DNA of 64,000 nucleotides, taken from assembly GCA_964016885.1 (NCBI GenBank), contig OZ024741.1, positions 116,312,001 through 116,376,000 of the forward strand. Direction: 5' to 3'. Positions 63,318 to 64,000 of the stretch are shown one piece after another (positions within the stretch are counted from its first letter, which is position 1; each line of letters opens with the position of its first letter). The notes under the pieces were generated by a model. That model made no database searches, was not told where the DNA came from, and saw nothing but the letters and a program-made list of their open reading frames with translations. The position numbers were made by a program, and so were the translations under genes. Source of the DNA: Eledone cirrhosa (lineage: Eukaryota).

Positions 63318-64000
63318 ATCATCATCATCATCATCATCACCGTTTTACGTCCGTTCTTCCACGCTAGCATGGGTTAGACGGGTTGTCCTGTTGTGGGCAG
63401 TGTCTGGTCGGCTGACCATGCCTTGCTCATACAGGAACTGATTTGGATTGATTTCTACAGCTGGATGCCCTTCCTAACACCAACCTCATTTACAGTGAGT
63501 GCTGGGTGCTTTTTCGTGGCGCCTACACGTCCACTTTACAGTGTGGGCTGGGTGCTTTTTTGCCGTGGCACCTCCATGACCACCTTGCAGTGGGGGGTGT
63601 GGGGGCATATTGTCTATATGCTTCAGCTTGTACCCATGGGAGGTCGGGTACTCTGTATTACTGCGTGACGCCAGAGGTCACGGTCGTGTGTCATCGCCTT
63701 TGAGAGGTGTAATTGGGTAAGGTCGGCTTTTATCACCTCATTCCAGGTCTTCTTGGGTCTCCCCACTCTGCGGTTTCCAATGACTTCTAGTGCTCTGCAC
63801 CTTTTTATGCAGCTGTCATCCTTCATACGCATCACATGTCCATACCAACGCAACCGCCTCTCCTGCACACAGCATTTGATTCCTCTTATGCTCAGTCTCT
63901 CTCTCAATTCATTTATGCTTTGTCGTTCGCGTATATTACTATTACACATCCATCGGAGCATGCAGGCTTCGTTTCTCTCTAATCTACGTAAGTCTTCCAC
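63318..64000 (-). mobile_element. RTE LINE 3' end plus UTR, running off the window
   Basis: [36 protein letters not shown], followed by the shared UTR and tail. Confidence 0.9.

Overview
AT-rich eukaryotic genomic DNA, dense in (TA)n/(TACA)n/(CAT)n microsatellites, SINEs and RTE LINEs. The repeat landscape looks like an octopod cephalopod, but that is inference only. Two spliced protein-coding genes face each other tail to tail. On the + strand is a two-exon FAM167/AARD-domain-like gene (about 10580-11815 joined to 20401-20616) with long in-frame polyQ/polyN tracts. On the - strand are ten phase-compatible exons of TRMT13 (tRNA 2'-O-methyltransferase, 62044 down to 24583), whose 5' exons appear to lie beyond the window. 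The rest is mostly transposon debris: RTE, R4-like and CRE-like non-LTR elements, a Penelope-like GIY-YIG element with an intact minimal hammerhead ribozyme core, three Helitrons, hAT, mariner and TTAA MITEs, a non-autonomous LTR element and a Gypsy-like RT fragment. The most unusual signals are short non-coding elements embedded in (TA)n tracts: a palindrome family whose pairing survives sequence divergence, a ~320-bp circularly permuted repeat with a hammerhead-like core (retrozyme candidate), several further hammerhead-like motifs, and many fold-back hairpins. Most long ORFs in the supplied track are microsatellite artefacts. Homology calls come from recalled motifs, not database searches.
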